From positions 7,287 to 71,286 of the forward strand of contig CAZKDZ010000076.1 in NCBI GenBank assembly GCA_964551635.1: a DNA stretch of 64,000 nucleotides. Reading direction: 5' to 3'. Within the stretch, counting starts at the first letter, position 1. Every line of letters starts with the position of its first letter. A model generated the notes under the pieces. The model was not told the DNA's origin and made no database searches. It worked only from the letters and a program-made list of their open reading frames with translations. This DNA is from an uncultured bacterium. GTDB taxonomy: Bacteria; Latescibacterota; UBA2968; GCA-2709665. Shown piece after piece: positions 63,434-64,000 of this stretch. The translations under genes were made by a program, and so were the position numbers.

Positions 63434-64000
63434 TTGCAGGAACGACACCAGCACCCGCCGTTGGCCGGAATAAGGATTGTCTCCGTGGAGCAGTTCGGCG
63501 CGGGTCCGTGGGGGACCATGATGCTCGCGGACCTTGGCGCGGAGATCATCAAGGTCGAAAATCCCGGGACGCGCGGCGACGTCGCGCGTTACGTGCCGCC
63601 GTATACCGTCGAACGGGACAGCCTGTATTTTCAGAGTTTCAACCGGAACAAAAAGAGTATCACGCTGAATCTGCAGCATCCGGAATCCGAAGAGGTGTTG
63701 CATCGGCTGGTTAGAATCTCGGATGGCGTGTTCAACAACCTGCGCGGAGACCTTCCAGCACGTCTGGGTCTGGACTATCGGTCTCTGAGTGAGGTAAGGG
63801 CTTCGATCGTGTGCTGCTCGCTCTCCGCGTTCGGGCGCACCGGGTCTCGCGCCGGCGAGCCGGGTTACGACTATCTGATGCAGGGCTATGCCGGCTGGAT
63901 GAGCCTTACGGGGGAGCCGGACGGACCGCCGACCAAGACGGGGCTCTCCCTCGTGGATCTTGGCGCCGGCGCGATGGCGTCCCTGGGCATGGCGAGTGCA
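63434..64000 (+). CDS. Family III CoA-transferase (CaiB/BaiF-like), partial; runs off the window end
   Basis: My own translation from TTG 63434 gives MQERHQHPPLAGIRIVSVEQFGAGPWGTMMLADLGAEIIKVENPG...NKKSITLNL. It is open to 64000 and absent from the track because it has no stop. Confidence 0.8.
   Translation, partial: MQERHQHPPLAGIRIVSVEQFGAGPWGTMMLADLGAEIIKVENPGTRGDVARYVPPYTVERDSLYFQSFNRNKKSITLNLQHPESEEVLHRLVRISDGVFNNLRGDLPARLGLDYRSLSEVRASIVCCSLSAFGRTGSRAGEPGYDYLMQGYAGWMSLTGEPDGPPTKTGLSLVDLGAGAMASLGMASA

Noticed and set aside
63418-63714. Track ORF 63418..63714 (98 aa).
   Set aside because: It is in the wrong frame. The +1-shifted frame from TTG 63434 gives an unmistakable family III CoA-transferase N-terminus and stays open to the window end.

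Overview
64 kb of GC-rich bacterial chromosome, with no rRNA, tRNA or CRISPR array that I could see. Most of it is ordinary metabolism and housekeeping. It carries seven Gfo/Idh/MocA-type oxidoreductase paralogs (one truncated at the window start), with xylose-isomerase-like TIM, DUF1080, phytanoyl-CoA dioxygenase, aldo/keto reductase, sulfatase and transporter genes. It also carries an rplM-rpsI-rpsB-tsf-frr block, dapL, a BamA/TamA-like outer-membrane gene, and a MaoC / CitE-like / CoA-transferase trio at the right edge. As I recall, rplM-rpsI-rpsB-tsf adjacency is typical of the FCB group, but I could not verify lineage. Many long antisense ORFs in the track are GC-driven artefacts. Three stretches look visibly AT-richer by eye and hold the accessory content. 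(1) 29.96-33.26 kb holds a RecQ-family helicase fused to a ComF/PRTase-like C-terminal domain, followed 1 nt later by a DprA/Smf-like gene. This resembles a PsyrTA-type toxin-antitoxin/defence pair and is the best candidate system here. (2) 34.66-36.72 kb holds a single orphan 303-aa gene. (3) 20.1-21.4 kb holds a metallophosphoesterase overlapped by a YgiT-type zinc-ribbon gene. There is also a mazEF pair. Non-coding structure not explained by genes includes a 162-bp element with terminal inverted repeats (two full inverted copies plus one relic). Two 8-bp-period tandem arrays each abut the RBS of the downstream gene in the same relative orientation. Two consensus-promoter-driven, highly structured non-coding stretches lie at 16.58-16.87 kb and 40.95-41.26 kb. 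Functional calls come from motif recognition by eye; no database search was possible.
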